From assembly GCA_949290395.1 (NCBI GenBank), contig CASERQ010000002.1, positions 206,079 through 270,078 on the forward strand: a stretch of DNA of 64,000 nucleotides, given 5' to 3'. Of this stretch, positions 33,842 through 43,096 are shown piece by piece (the first letter of the stretch is position 1; every line of letters starts with the position of its first letter). Source of the DNA: an uncultured bacterium (GTDB lineage Bacteria; Bacillota_I; Bacilli_A; RFN20; CAG-826). Made by a program: the position numbers and the translations under genes. The notes under the pieces are model-generated. The model was not told where the DNA came from and ran no database searches. It saw only the letters and a program-made list of their open reading frames with translations.

Positions 33842-34396
33842 ATGTCTAAACGTGCTTTAATTCTTAAAATAGCACTTACTGCTTTATTTAGTGCTTTAAT
33901 ATTTGTTTTAACCTCTTTTTTACCAATTCCTTATGCCGGAGGTGCAGGATATTTTAATTTTAGCGATTTACTAATTTTATTTTCTTCGGCTTATTTTGGT
34001 CCTTTTGTTGGGGTGTTAAGTGGTATAATCGGCGCTTCTTTAAGTGATTTATATGTTGGATTTGCTAATTCAATTCCTTTTACAATACTAGCAAAAGCAC
34101 TTGAAGCAATTGTTTTTTCTTTACTCTTCTACTTTTTAAGAAATCATAAATATTTAAAACACATATCTTTTTTTATAGCTCCAGTTTTTATGGTCGCCTC
34201 TTATATTCCTTATTATTTAATTTATGATAATGGGCAAGGGGTGATGGCTTTAGTGTCTTCTTGCTTTGATTTAATTCAAGGCACAGTCTCTGGAACTTTG
34301 GCGATTTTACTTTACCTTGCCTTTTATAAAATTAAAATCCCACTTCTCAATAATACATACACAATAAAACATAGAAACAAAAATGGCGACAAATAA
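33842..34396 (+). CDS. ECF transporter S component
   Basis: ALFSALIFV, GYFNFSD, GASLSDL; about 5-6 TM helices. Confidence 0.85.
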   Translation: MSKRALILKIALTALFSALIFVLTSFLPIPYAGGAGYFNFSDLLILFSSAYFGPFVGVLSGIIGASLSDLYVGFANSIPFTILAKALEAIVFSLLFYFLRNHKYLKHISFFIAPVFMVASYIPYYLIYDNGQGVMALVSSCFDLIQGTVSGTLAILLYLAFYKIKIPLLNNTYTIKHRNKNGDK

Positions 34397-34408
34397 GTCG
34401 CCATTTTT
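34379..34408. terminator. Bidirectional terminator
   Basis: AAAAATGGCGAC-aaataa-GTCGCCATTTTT between the ECF gene and the convergent 45-aa ORF. Confidence 0.85.
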
Positions 34409-34446
34409 TATAAATTTACTCTTTAATTAAGAGATAATTGGAATGA

Positions 34447-34584
34447 TTAGAATGATGCTTGTTTAAAAATAGGAGCAATCATTTGTTGGCTGAAAGTGTT
34501 AGGCACAGTGAAGATAGTGTAAACGTTTTCAACCTTTTGCATTCTTTTTAACTCTCTTTTGATCTTTAATCTTCTAAGTAACAT
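34447..34584 (-). CDS. Unlisted 45-aa small protein MLLRRLKIKRELKRMQKVENVYTIFTVPNTFSQQMIAPIFKQASF
   Basis: Perfect SD TAAGGAGGT 6 nt before ATG; bounded by terminators on both sides; below the ORF-track length cutoff. Confidence 0.7.
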   Translation of the reverse strand: MLLRRLKIKRELKRMQKVENVYTIFTVPNTFSQQMIAPIFKQASF

Positions 34585-34660
34585 TTTCGAACCTCCTTAC
34601 GTGTATAATATTAAAGGAGTTTTAATCATTTACAAGTTAAAAAATAGATTAAAAATCATC

Positions 34661-34674
34661 TGAAAACGCTTTCA
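34661..34674. promoter_or_regulatory. cre/LacI-family operator
   Basis: TGAAAACGCTTTCA fits TGWNANCGNTNWCA; related sites at 34518-34531 and 34742-34755. Confidence 0.7.
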
Positions 34675-34699
34675 AATAATTTTAAAAGTAATAAAAAAT

Positions 34700-34713
34700 G
34701 CGATAAATATCGC
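34700..34713. repeat. Palindrome GCGATA-N2-TATCGC, copy 2
   Basis: GCGATAAATATCGC within AAAAAAT...ATTTTTT flanks. Confidence 0.75.
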
Positions 34714-34779
34714 ATTTTTTCAATGAAATTTTTTTCATTAATGAAAGTGTTTTCATAAGATTCACTTCGTTTTAATGAA

Positions 34780-34807
34780 ATAGCGACAACCATGTGGTTG
34801 TCGCTAT
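34780..34807 (-). terminator. Terminator of the maltodextrin ABC operon
   Basis: ATAGCGACAACCA-tg-TGGTTGTCGCTAT about 30 nt after the ATPase stop. Confidence 0.8.
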
Positions 34808-34839
34808 ATTTTCTAGTTTTTAAGCTACAAATTCTTTGA

Positions 34840-37386
34840 TTAATAAAGTCTAATATCGAATTTTCTTTCGAATAATCTTGTCTTATCAAGATTGATTCCT
34901 AAATGTAAAACGGTACCGTTTTCATATTTTTTATCCGATTGTATATAGATTGTATTACCTAAAACATCGCAAACTACAAATTTATATTTTCCATAGTCGA
35001 TGTAATCTTTAACAACTGCTTCAATACCATGATCTTGAATAGTATAAGCATCGTGAGCTACTTCAAGTCTAAATAAAGTTACAAATGTTCTAGTTGAGAG
35101 AGCTTGAATAATCTTACTTTCAATGTCTTCATTTACTTTAATGTAATAGCCATTAATCATAAGATAGCCTTGTCTTAAAGCAAAGTTATAAGCATTGTCT
35201 TTTGCTTGATAATCTTTTTCAACATCACTAACTTCTGTTAAAACGACTTTATTAATATCTTCGTTTTTAGCTTTAGCTTCCTTGATTAATTCTTTATCTT
35301 TAGCAAGTCTAGCTTTCTTTTCTTCGAGACCTTGAGCTTTAACTGATTGAAGTTCAGCAAGTGTTGTCTTGATATCAGCATCGCTGTCTTGTTTTAACCA
35401 AGCATCATTATCAGACATAATTGAATTGAATTTATCGTGTAATTCTTTTACATTTTTAATTCTTGCTTCAAATGCATCTCTGACTTCTTTTTCTGTTGCT
35501 TCATCTCTTGCTTTTTCTTCAGCACTTCTCGCATTAAGTTTAGCAATACTATCGTTATAAGCAGCTAAATCAGCATTATATTTTTCTTTTTCTTTAGCAA
35601 TTGCTTCAGTTAAGCCATCTTTAATTTTCTTTTTACCTTCTTTTCCAAGATCACCTTTTTCAAGGTTAAAGGTAGCTTCAGCTCTTAACTTAGCAATATT
35701 ATTTTTCATAGTTTCTTTTAAAGCTTTAGGAACTGTTGTATCAATAGCAATACCTTTTAATGCTTTTCTTTCTTCAGCTTCTAAATCATTAATATGTTCT
35801 TTAACTATGCCATCAATGCTATTTTTAACAAACTTTTTACTTTCGTGAAGTGTTGCAGCACTTGCAAATCCACTAATATATTCATCATATGTCTTAAGTG
35901 GTTCAAGAATAACTTCTTCATCCTTTTCAAGAGAAATCTTTGTGAAATCAATATTAATCTTTACGGTATCACCTACTTTATAATTTTCACCATTAAGTTT
36001 TGTGAAGAAAATTCTGTTATCGATTTCAAGATAGCAAAGTTTTACGTCGTTAACTTCTTCGATATGAGCAATTTTTGCAGGAATATCACCATCAAAGCTA
36101 ATAGCATCACTTGGAACAAGTAAACTTAAATCTTTATTATCAGCAACTTTAATTGCTTCTGGTAAAGGTAAATCAACATTTAAGAAATGTAAGATATTGT
36201 CTTTAACTTCAGCATCGAAAAGATTTAATTCAGGTACACGAGGCATAATGCTATCTTCAGTCTTGTAATCAAAGAAATGAATATGATCAACATCAAAAGC
36301 GGCATCAATAATATCACCAGGTTGAATTCCAAGATAACCTTTTTGGTTCTTAATAATAACTCTAGTTGATGATTCAACATAACCATCGCCATACATATTA
36401 AGATCACCATAAATTAATGTTTCACTTCCTAATTCTTCAAAGTGAGAAACTTTAACTTTAACGATGTTTTTACTCTTTTTAACTACTTCTGGTTCAATTG
36501 AGATATTTTCACATCTTAAGCCAACAATAACTTTCTTCTTTCCGTTAAAGTAAGCTGGTTGAACTTTTAATAATTGATTGAATGGAACATATAAAACATC
36601 ATCACAATAATCAAACTTGATTTCGACGATATCTTTATTTCTCTTTAATGTCGCTTCAAAGAAGTTCATTTGTGGAGTTCCAATAAATCCTGCAACGAAT
36701 TTATTAATTGGATAGTTATAAAGATTTTTTGGCGTATCGATTTGTTGGACACGACCTAATTTCATAACAACAATTCTTGTACCCATTGTCATAGCTTCAG
36801 TTTGATCGTGAGTAACATAAATGAATGTTGTTCCAAGTTGCTTATGTAATTTTGAAATTTCAGCTCTCATTTGAGTTCTGAGTTTAGCATCAAGATTAGA
36901 TAAAGGTTCATCAAGTAAGAAAACTTTTGGATTTCTTAAGATAGCTCTACCTAAAGCAACTCTTTGTCTTTGACCACCAGACATAGCTCTTGGTTTTCTA
37001 TCAAGATATTCTTTAATACCAAGAATGTCAGCAGCCCACATAATTTTTTCATGGATTTCAGCCGCAGGAATGTGTCTTAATTTGAGACCGAAAGCCATGT
37101 TATCATAAACTGTCATATGAGGATAAAGAGCATAGTTTTGGAAAACCATTGCAATATCTCTATCCTTTGGTTCCATATTGTTAACAAGTTTATCACCAAT
37201 GAAAAGTTCGCCAGCAGAAATGTCTTCAAGACCAGCAATCATTCTAAGGGTTGTTGATTTACCACAACCAGAAGGTCCAACAAAGACAATAAATTCTTTG
37301 TCTTTGATTTCCATATTGAAATCACTAACGGCTTTTGTTCCATTTGGATAAACTTTATAAATATGTCTTAAACTTAAATCTGCCAT
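34840..37386 (-). CDS. MalK/MsmK-type sugar ABC ATPase with long C-terminal extension
   Basis: GPSGCGKST, FQNYALYPH, MSGGQRQR, LDEPLSNLDAKLR, YVTHDQ; 848 aa versus about 370 typical. Confidence 0.92.
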   Translation of the reverse strand: MADLSLRHIYKVYPNGTKAVSDFNMEIKDKEFIVFVGPSGCGKSTTLRMIAGLEDISAGELFIGDKLVNNMEPKDRDIAMVFQNYALYPHMTVYDNMAFGLKLRHIPAAEIHEKIMWAADILGIKEYLDRKPRAMSGGQRQRVALGRAILRNPKVFLLDEPLSNLDAKLRTQMRAEISKLHKQLGTTFIYVTHDQTEAMTMGTRIVVMKLGRVQQIDTPKNLYNYPINKFVAGFIGTPQMNFFEATLKRNKDIVEIKFDYCDDVLYVPFNQLLKVQPAYFNGKKKVIVGLRCENISIEPEVVKKSKNIVKVKVSHFEELGSETLIYGDLNMYGDGYVESSTRVIIKNQKGYLGIQPGDIIDAAFDVDHIHFFDYKTEDSIMPRVPELNLFDAEVKDNILHFLNVDLPLPEAIKVADNKDLSLLVPSDAISFDGDIPAKIAHIEEVNDVKLCYLEIDNRIFFTKLNGENYKVGDTVKINIDFTKISLEKDEEVILEPLKTYDEYISGFASAATLHESKKFVKNSIDGIVKEHINDLEAEERKALKGIAIDTTVPKALKETMKNNIAKLRAEATFNLEKGDLGKEGKKKIKDGLTEAIAKEKEKYNADLAAYNDSIAKLNARSAEEKARDEATEKEVRDAFEARIKNVKELHDKFNSIMSDNDAWLKQDSDADIKTTLAELQSVKAQGLEEKKARLAKDKELIKEAKAKNEDINKVVLTEVSDVEKDYQAKDNAYNFALRQGYLMINGYYIKVNEDIESKIIQALSTRTFVTLFRLEVAHDAYTIQDHGIEAVVKDYIDYGKYKFVVCDVLGNTIYIQSDKKYENGTVLHLGINLDKTRLFERKFDIRLY

Positions 37387-37405
37387 ATTTTTTCTCCCTT
37401 ATAAA

Positions 37406-38296
37406 TTAGCCTTTAACAGCTCCACCAGTAACACCTTCAACATAATATCTTTGTAAACAGAAGAAGAATATAACAATAGGAATTGATGTAAAGACTGCTC
37501 CTGCACAGAATCTAGTGAAGTAATGACTTAAATTTTGTCCGTTATTACCTGTTAACCAGTTTTGTAAACCAATAGCAACTGTCCAGTTATCAGCGTTATT
37601 TCCTAATAAATAACTACTCATCATGAAGTCGCCCCATGGAGCAACAAAACTAGTAAGAATAGTGTAAATAATAATTGGTTTTGATAAAGGTAAAATGATT
37701 TTCCAGAAAATAGTATTTCTATTTGCTCCATCAATCATTGCCGCTTCATCAAGTGCATGAGGAACAGTGTCAAAGAAACCTTTAACAATGTAATAGCTCA
37801 TTGCACTACCAGCGATATAAACAAGTATTAATCCAAATGGATTTCCAATCATATTGATTTGTCTTAAAACGTAATAAACAGCAATAAGAGAAAGGAATCC
37901 AGGGAACATACCAATAACAAGAATCATTTTCATGATTCCTTGTCTTCCTTTAAATCTCATTCTTGATAATGCGTAAGATACCATCAAAACAAGAATTGTT
38001 TGGAAGAAACAGGTAATGACTGCAATCATCAATGTTGTAAGATACCATCTAATAAATGGATATTGATCATTAAAATTAAATAATGCAATGTAGTTATCAA
38101 ATGTCCATTCTTCTGGTAATAAATATCCGACAACACCAGTACTTTCACCTCTAAATGATTGAAGTAATAAATAAACGAAAGGGAATACCCAAATTATTGA
38201 AATTAAAACAAGAATTACATAAGTAACTGTATTACTTATGATTCTATTTCTACGTTGATGTCCTTCTTGACGATTTGTTAAATTGAGACGTTTCAT
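37406..38296 (-). CDS. malG: Maltodextrin ABC permease (MalG/MalD-like)
   Basis: KGFFDTVP.ALDEAAMIDGA EAA loop; ends GVTGGAVKG. Confidence 0.88.
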   Translation of the reverse strand: MKRLNLTNRQEGHQRRNRIISNTVTYVILVLISIIWVFPFVYLLLQSFRGESTGVVGYLLPEEWTFDNYIALFNFNDQYPFIRWYLTTLMIAVITCFFQTILVLMVSYALSRMRFKGRQGIMKMILVIGMFPGFLSLIAVYYVLRQINMIGNPFGLILVYIAGSAMSYYIVKGFFDTVPHALDEAAMIDGANRNTIFWKIILPLSKPIIIYTILTSFVAPWGDFMMSSYLLGNNADNWTVAIGLQNWLTGNNGQNLSHYFTRFCAGAVFTSIPIVIFFFCLQRYYVEGVTGGAVKG

Positions 38297-39798
38297 TATT
38301 GGAAATCCTCCTCATTTTTAACAGAGCTTGATCTAGAGTAGAAAATCAAGGAAATAACAGCAACGATAACGAAAACAATAATACCAATGACAGAAGCCAT
38401 CTTGTAGTTGTTTTCATTAACAGTTAACTTATATAACCATGTAACTAAAAGATCGGTATCACCAGCAACATACTTATCTGGATTAACTGGAACGCCACCT
38501 GTTAACAAGAAGATAACGTTGAAGTTATTGATGTTACCAACGAACGATGAAATTAAGCTAGGTCCCATAACGAACATCATATATGGGAGAGTAATGTTAC
38601 AATACATTCTGAATGGGTTTGCACCATCAATCTTTGCTGATTCATATAAATCTTCTGGAATATTCATTAAAATACCTGTACAAGATAAAACTGTGTAAGG
38701 TATACCAACCCAAACGTTGATAATAATAACGAATACTTTAGCCCAAATTGGATCTGTAGCATAAACTAATTTACCCATTCCAAATGATCCAAGTAATGCA
38801 TTAACAATACCTTCAGAAGAGAACATTTGAGAAATTAAAAGTAAGGAAACAAATTGAGGAACAGCAATTGTTGTAATTAAAATTGTTCTCCAAAGTTTTT
38901 TAAATCTAATTCCTTTTTTGTTAATCAAAAGCGCAACAACCATTCCTAAGAAAAAGTTTGTAAAGGTAGCAAAAACTGCCCAAACTAATGTCCAAACAAG
39001 AGCATCAGTAAATGAATAAGCAAATAATGCATTTTGTCCGACAGAATCTCCGCCTAACAAAATATCAAAGTTTTCAAAGCCAACCCAAGTAAATAAATTT
39101 TCAGGTGGCAGGTGTGCTTTATCGTAGTTCGTAAACGCGATAAAAATCATAAAAATTAATGGAACAATAGTAAAAACAACAAGTCCTAACATTGGCAAAG
39201 CGAGTAAAGTCTTGTGATAAGATCTATCAGCTAAAGCCTTTAAATCATCTTTAACGCCATTAACTTTTCCATTAATTGAGGTAATTTGTTGCAAATCGAA
39301 AGCTTGTTTGATGTTTGAATAATATGTATAAGCAAAGCCAATACAAACCAAAATACATATCGTACCATAGAGTAAGATAAGCATTGAATTGTCGCCTTCA
39401 ACTTTGATCCATAATCCATTTGTTTCATCCCAAACTTCAGCTGTAGCAACAGTACCTAACGATCCGAATTGTGAAAGATATTTCCAACCCCAGAAGCCAA
39501 TAAATAACGCAAAAACAATTTCAAAAAGAAGGTATAAAATACCTCTTACATATTGCTTTCTAGCAATTAAGCCAAAACCCATAAACAAAAAAGATAATCT
39601 TGTTTTCCAATCACCAAAAACAAAAGCATCTTTTAAATTTATAAATGGTTGAATTATTTTATTTCCGATTTTTCCGAGTTTTGCAGGGATTTTTTTGAAA
39701 AAGTTCTTTGTTTTACCTGGAAAATCCATAAACCATCTTTTGGTTTTATAGACAATACGGCGAGGTTTAGAAAGACCTAAATAAGATAAATCACTCAT
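38296..39798 (-). CDS. malF: Maltodextrin ABC permease (MalF/MalC-like)
   Basis: IPEDLYESAKIDGA, NINNFNVIFLLT, TDLLVTWLYKLT. Start corrected to MSDLS after GAGGAG. Confidence 0.88.
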   Translation of the reverse strand: MSDLSYLGLSKPRRIVYKTKRWFMDFPGKTKNFFKKIPAKLGKIGNKIIQPFINLKDAFVFGDWKTRLSFLFMGFGLIARKQYVRGILYLLFEIVFALFIGFWGWKYLSQFGSLGTVATAEVWDETNGLWIKVEGDNSMLILLYGTICILVCIGFAYTYYSNIKQAFDLQQITSINGKVNGVKDDLKALADRSYHKTLLALPMLGLVVFTIVPLIFMIFIAFTNYDKAHLPPENLFTWVGFENFDILLGGDSVGQNALFAYSFTDALVWTLVWAVFATFTNFFLGMVVALLINKKGIRFKKLWRTILITTIAVPQFVSLLLISQMFSSEGIVNALLGSFGMGKLVYATDPIWAKVFVIIINVWVGIPYTVLSCTGILMNIPEDLYESAKIDGANPFRMYCNITLPYMMFVMGPSLISSFVGNINNFNVIFLLTGGVPVNPDKYVAGDTDLLVTWLYKLTVNENNYKMASVIGIIVFVIVAVISLIFYSRSSSVKNEEDFQ

Positions 39799-39819
39799 TT
39801 TTCTTCTCCTCAATAGTTT

Positions 39820-39848
39820 TTAAAGGCTCTCAAAAAGAGAGCCTTTAA
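39820..39848 (-). terminator. Intercistronic hairpin after the binding-protein gene
   Basis: TTAAAGGCTCTC-aaaaa-GAGAGCCTTTAA; typical mRNA-stabilising or partial terminator giving excess binding protein. Confidence 0.75.
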
Positions 39849-39863
39849 TTAGAATATGATAAA

Positions 39864-41144
39864 TTAACTAACGATTGTTGTGATGTTTGTTGTTAAGTTA
39901 TTTAATTTCTCTTGTAAATTATCAAGTGTAACTGGATCTTTAAATCCTGGATATCCACAAGCTGTTCCGAAATTTTGCATTGCTGTCCAGAAAGTTGAAG
40001 GAACATTGATTTGTGGTTGAGAAGCTTCTTCAAATTGAGCATTTAATCCACTTAAAGCAACATCAGCTTTAACTTTCTCGTTTTCTTTAGCGACATTGTT
40101 TGATGGTCCATAAGAAAATTCTTCATATCTTTTTAATTGGACATCTTCGCTTGTGATAAATCTAGCGAAAGCATGAGCTAAAGGTTGATTTTCAGAAAGT
40201 GCGTTAACACCAACAAGTTTTGTGCCTAAGAATGTACTCATTCTTGCTTTTGCTCCGTCTTTACCTTCCATCATTGGTAAAAGACCACATCTTACATTTT
40301 CATCTCCCCATGCATCTGTATCGAAAACATAAGTTTTAACAGCGGATGGATAAGAAATGAATGCACCAATTTCTTCCATATGTGCGGATAAGTATTGATT
40401 TAAAATAAGTGATTGATCACCAGAGTTTCCTCCATCAACATATTGGAAACCAGCTGTTTTAGCAAGATTGACCATGAATGTTCCTGCGTTAACACCAGCT
40501 GCACCATTATAATCACATTCAATTTTTGATTCTTTGCCATCGACGTATGTAACATCATATGTTCCACCAAATCCAGAGAAGAATCCATAAGCATACCAAG
40601 CATCACCCATTGGAACTACAAATTTCTTTCCAGCAGCAGCACATTGAGCAGCGACTTCTGCGAATGTTGTATCTTCATCATAATCTGTAACAACAGTTGC
40701 ATCATATGTAAGCATATAACCATTATCAAGAGTCATTGGATAAGCATAAACTTTATCATCTTGTGGGTTTGATGCAGATTCAACAGCTAATGGATCATTA
40801 TTATCTGTAACATAAGATAAATTTGTTCCGCCTAATTGGTTTAAAGCACCAACGTTAATTAAATTGAATAATTGGTCGTTAGCAAATGTAAAGACATCTG
40901 CTCCACCAGCAACATCTTTTGAAATATTTGTATAAGCATCACCTTCGGAACATGTTCCAAATTCAATTGTGATATCTTTATACTCTTCATTTGATGCCTT
41001 GAATTCTTCGAATAATTTTTCATAGAATTCTTTGTGTTCAACAGGTGCCCAGACTACTAAGTCAGCTCTGCCTCCACAGCTTGATAATCCTGCAGCAGCA
41101 AGTAAAGCAACTGCGGATAATCCTAAAAGTTTTACTTTTTTCAT
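39864..41144 (-). CDS. malE: Maltodextrin-binding lipoprotein (MalE/MalX-like)
   Basis: Lipobox GLSSC, ADVFTFANDQ, YAYP, FLGTKLVGVN; first gene before the permeases. Confidence 0.85.
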   Translation of the reverse strand: MKKVKLLGLSAVALLAAAGLSSCGGRADLVVWAPVEHKEFYEKLFEEFKASNEEYKDITIEFGTCSEGDAYTNISKDVAGGADVFTFANDQLFNLINVGALNQLGGTNLSYVTDNNDPLAVESASNPQDDKVYAYPMTLDNGYMLTYDATVVTDYDEDTTFAEVAAQCAAAGKKFVVPMGDAWYAYGFFSGFGGTYDVTYVDGKESKIECDYNGAAGVNAGTFMVNLAKTAGFQYVDGGNSGDQSLILNQYLSAHMEEIGAFISYPSAVKTYVFDTDAWGDENVRCGLLPMMEGKDGAKARMSTFLGTKLVGVNALSENQPLAHAFARFITSEDVQLKRYEEFSYGPSNNVAKENEKVKADVALSGLNAQFEEASQPQINVPSTFWTAMQNFGTACGYPGFKDPVTLDNLQEKLNNLTTNITTIVS

Positions 41145-41220
41145 AAAATTTTATCCTCCTATAAGTAAACTTTAATGAATAATTTTATATTATTAACTCT
41201 CTACGAGATTAATAAACCTT

Positions 41221-42732
41221 TTAAATACGTGAGTAATTATCAACCCGCCTAACAAGAATTTCTGTCTTGTCTTTTTCTTTTTCTTTAAACAATTTTTCAT
41301 CTAATCTCCAACTCCAATTATCATCTGATAAAGTTGAAGGGAAATTAATACGGGCTTCTTTTCCTAATGTGAATAAATCCATTACAGGAATAATTGCACT
41401 TTTTGCTTTTGAAGCAAAAGTAAGTTCGCATATAACTGTTGTTAGTTGTTCGTTATTAAATTTTCTTGTAAATGGAACATCAAGTTTTAAGCATTCTTCT
41501 TCTAATATATTTAACATTTTTTCTTTTTCTTCGCTATTTAAATCATCGATAAATTGTTTTGTAGTTTTAGAATCATGTGTTCCTGAATAAGCGAAGAAAT
41601 TTGGTGTGTAATTAGATGGTCTCCAAATGTTTTTTGGGTCTTCATCTTCAAATGCTTGAGAAACAATTTTCATACCTGGATAGCCAGTTTTTTTCATAAG
41701 TTCGAGGAATTTATCATCAATCATGCCTAAATCTTCAGCAACAATTGGATAATCAAGTTTGTCTTTAAACAAGTCAAATCCTGGACCATCTACCCAAGTT
41801 CCATTTCTTGCGGTTTTGTCTCCAAATGGAATTGCAAAATATCTACTAAAACCTCTGAAGTGATCAATACGGATTAAATCATAAAGTTTTAAAGCATTAT
41901 TAATTCTTTCGTTCCACCATTTATAATTAGTCTTTTTGTGATATGCCCAATTATATAAAGGATTACCCCAAAGCTGTCCATCTTCACTGAAACAATCTGG
42001 TGGCACTCCAGCTACTTTTTTAGGATTTAATCTCTCATCTAATTCAAATAAATAAGGGTATTTCCAAACTTCAACTGAATCATAAGCAACATATATTGGT
42101 AAATCACCCATAATTTTAATGCCGTTTTTATTAGCATAATCTTTTACTAAACGATATTCATTTAAGAATTCAAATTGAGTCCACATATAGAAAAGATATT
42201 CATCTTTATGAAGTGTTTTGATTTCTTTTTCAATTGATGGATCGTATTTTCTATATTTTTCATCCCATTCATACCATGGCCTTAAAGAATGCATATCTTT
42301 TAAAACCATAAAAACAGAAAAATCACTAAAATTAGTTCCTTCTTTTAAGAATTTAACAAAATCTGGTGATGTTTTGTCGTAACGAGAAAAAGCTAATTTT
42401 AGTATTCTTAATTTGTTATTAAAGATTGCCCCATAATCAATTCTAGAAGGATTTTCTCCCCAAGAAACGCTATCAACTTCTTCTTCATTTAAGAGGTTTT
42501 TCTCAATTAAAGTTTCAAAATCAATGAAGTAATAATTAAGCGCATAATTAGATGGAGATTGATATGGTGAATTGCCAAAACTAGTAACGTTTAATGGTAA
42601 GATTTGCCAAATTGAAAGTTCTGATTTCTTTAAAAAATCAATCAATTTGAATGCTGATTTTCCAAGCGTTCCAATTCCATATTTTCCCCAAAGAGAAGAG
42701 ACTGGAAATAATAGACCTGCGTTTCTTTTCAT
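41221..42732 (-). CDS. malQ: 4-alpha-glucanotransferase (GH77), catalytically intact
   Basis: SPYQSPS, AGVPPD.FSEDGQLWGNP, RIDHFRGF (D290), AEDLG (E333), GTHD. Confidence 0.95.
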   Translation of the reverse strand: MKRNAGLLFPVSSLWGKYGIGTLGKSAFKLIDFLKKSELSIWQILPLNVTSFGNSPYQSPSNYALNYYFIDFETLIEKNLLNEEEVDSVSWGENPSRIDYGAIFNNKLRILKLAFSRYDKTSPDFVKFLKEGTNFSDFSVFMVLKDMHSLRPWYEWDEKYRKYDPSIEKEIKTLHKDEYLFYMWTQFEFLNEYRLVKDYANKNGIKIMGDLPIYVAYDSVEVWKYPYLFELDERLNPKKVAGVPPDCFSEDGQLWGNPLYNWAYHKKTNYKWWNERINNALKLYDLIRIDHFRGFSRYFAIPFGDKTARNGTWVDGPGFDLFKDKLDYPIVAEDLGMIDDKFLELMKKTGYPGMKIVSQAFEDEDPKNIWRPSNYTPNFFAYSGTHDSKTTKQFIDDLNSEEKEKMLNILEEECLKLDVPFTRKFNNEQLTTVICELTFASKAKSAIIPVMDLFTLGKEARINFPSTLSDDNWSWRLDEKLFKEKEKDKTEILVRRVDNYSRI

Positions 42733-42756
42733 AATATAAAAAAATCCTTAAAATTT

Positions 42757-42798
42757 TGTAAGCGCTTACATTTTAAAATAAGTATTTTTAGATGTCAA
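42757..42798 (-). promoter_or_regulatory. malQ promoter with overlapping cre/LacI operator
   Basis: TTGACA-17-TAAAAT (42770-42798) with the perfect palindrome TGTAAGCGCTTACA (42757-42770) over the predicted start site. Confidence 0.85.
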
Positions 42799-43096
42799 AC
42801 ACAAAAAATGCGATAATTATGCACCTAATTTTAATTATATAAATTAAACTAAATAAATATCACATTTTTTAATTAATTTTTTACATATATTCAAAAAAAC
42901 TTCGATGGTTATCGTATTTTTTTATTTAAAATTTAATATAAAATAAGATAGATTATTATCGAATTTTTAAAAATCTATACAAAATTATAAAAAATCTCTA
43001 CTTAAATTTATTTTTTTAAATCGAGTTAAAAAATTAGTGACAAACGTGAAAAAAATTAAAAAAATCAAATAAGAAAATAAAAGAAAAACTACTTTT

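Noticed and set aside
34656-34889. 77-aa ORF downstream of the ATPase
   Set aside because: Overlaps the ATPase end and runs through a terminator and operators, with no SD.
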